Translations under genes and position numbers: made by a program
Part shown: positions 32,665 through 33,852 of the stretch, one piece after another
Layout of the letters: every line of letters starts with the position of its first letter
Position numbering within the stretch: position 1 is the first letter of the stretch
The notes under the pieces: generated by a model
Databases searched by the model: none
Seen by the model: the letters and a program-made list of their open reading frames with translations, nothing else
Told to the model about the DNA's origin: nothing
DNA from: Spongospora subterranea f. sp. subterranea
Lineage: Eukaryota
Assembly: GCA_049724395.1 (NCBI GenBank)
Contig: JAUGWO010000001.1
Coordinates: 186,001 to 219,852 of the forward strand
Reading direction: 5' to 3'
DNA: 33,852 nucleotides

Positions 32665-33852
32665 TCAATCAAGTTGCGCAATTAGTGATTCTGGTAGACT
32701 GCGGTGGCGTTTGTACCTCTTGACGGCGTATTCTGCTTGTCGGACAGAGAGCCTGTTCCCAGAAGCGTCAACTATTCGGTAAGCGTCCATATATCGATAA
32801 CACTTTCGGGCTGAAGCGCCGAATTTGTTCTAGAGGAACCTGCTCCAACGCCTTCGGTACAACAATCTGCAAATCTTTCCAGAAGTACGTGCAGTTGCGT
32901 CGAGTGTAACTCTTGGCCGCAGCCCAATACATCTCGATAAAGTTAAACTCACAATGAAATTTCGGGTAGAAGTCAACTATTCCGTCATTTTGTTCGACTG
33001 TTTCGACTATCGATTCTTTTTGCGCCCGAAAATCCGGTTGTTGCTGCAGAAGAACCGATTTGGCTGAGTCTTTTGATAAGTAGTTTTCCCATACAATCTG
33101 GCACTCCCGCATTCGTCTGCATCATCTGTTCAACTCGTTGTCCCCTGTTTCATGAACCATCCTGGACGCTGCAGTTTTACGTTCTTTCCGCCATCATTCA
33201 GGTTCAGAACTTTAGCATTTAGAGCGTCAGGCGGCAATGCTCGGTGGTTCTGGGAGTTATCGAACATTAGCAGCCTTTTGCTTTTTGGATGCAAAATTCG
33301 GAAAATCGGAATTGCTCGTTCTTGGATCTGTTTGACCAGGTCTTCGGTCCGTCCAGAAGCCGTCCGCGTTCTTACCTGGCTTGGACGATAACCACAGTTT
33401 CAGTAGGAACTAGGGGATTTTCGCTCTCTATCATTGCCTGTCAGTTTCATCGGTCCATGCATTCAGCAGACTGGATACTCTGACACCATAATGCTCTTCC
33501 CTTCACCCTTGGGTCGAATTGGTCGGTTATCCTGATCAACGAAATCGTGCGTTTTCCCTCATGAGCGCTAAAACAAGATTGTTGTGCGTCACCAGAGCAA
33601 TCCGCGCCTCGTCATTTTCAAGTTGCGGTTCAATTACCGTCAACATATCCTCGGCGATATACTTTGGCATTCGACGATCATAAATTGCCATTCGATCAGG
33701 AAAGCTTCCCTGTACTGAACTACGTCGTTTCGTTCGTGCCCATCATGATACAATCCTTTTTTCAATTCTCGATATTGATAACCCAGAAATTTGAGCCAGC
33801 GAATACGTTTTCTCTGATATGGCAATGGGGTTGCAAAGATTCAGATCAATGT
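32665..33852 (-). mobile_element. Degenerate IS630/Tc1/mariner-superfamily (DDE_3-like) transposase, running off the window edge
   Basis: Motifs: RWLKFLGY...KGLYHDGHERNDVVQYREAFL, IRPKGEGKSIMVS, QPDFRAQK, FYPKFHCEFNFIEMYWAAAK, VPKALEQV, EYAVKRYKRHR; frameshifted; stop at 32665-32667. Confidence 0.85.

Overview
This is eukaryotic genomic DNA from a compact genome with short (mostly ~45-110 nt) GT-AG introns. A ciliary transition-zone gene implies a flagellated stage. The style fits a zoosporic protist such as a plasmodiophorid, but that is inference. Two gene-dense islands alternate with two tracts of degraded transposons. Island 1 (1-6.4 kb) holds the 3' part of an ergothioneine-biosynthesis fusion with sulfoxide synthase (EgtB-like FGE-sulfatase domain) N-terminal and EgtD-like methyltransferase C-terminal, the reverse of fungal Egt1. 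It also holds a PARP-type zinc-finger protein, TRM10 with a frameshift, and a CASC3/Btz-like protein carrying a PAM2 motif. Island 2 (14.5-24 kb) holds a chromodomain protein, a laminin/EGF-repeat membrane protein, TMEM216 (missed by the ORF track) and PIG-O/GPI13. The transposon tracts (6.5-14.3 kb and 24.2-33.85 kb) hold Harbinger, pogo-like, Ty3/Gypsy and Tc1/IS630-like remnants, two motif-sharing minisatellites, and at least five inverted-repeat pairs. These include a perfect 131-bp hairpin, an inverted LTR-end/PBS pair and a head-to-head gene duplication. All gene models were spliced by hand, and family calls come from motif recognition, not database searches.
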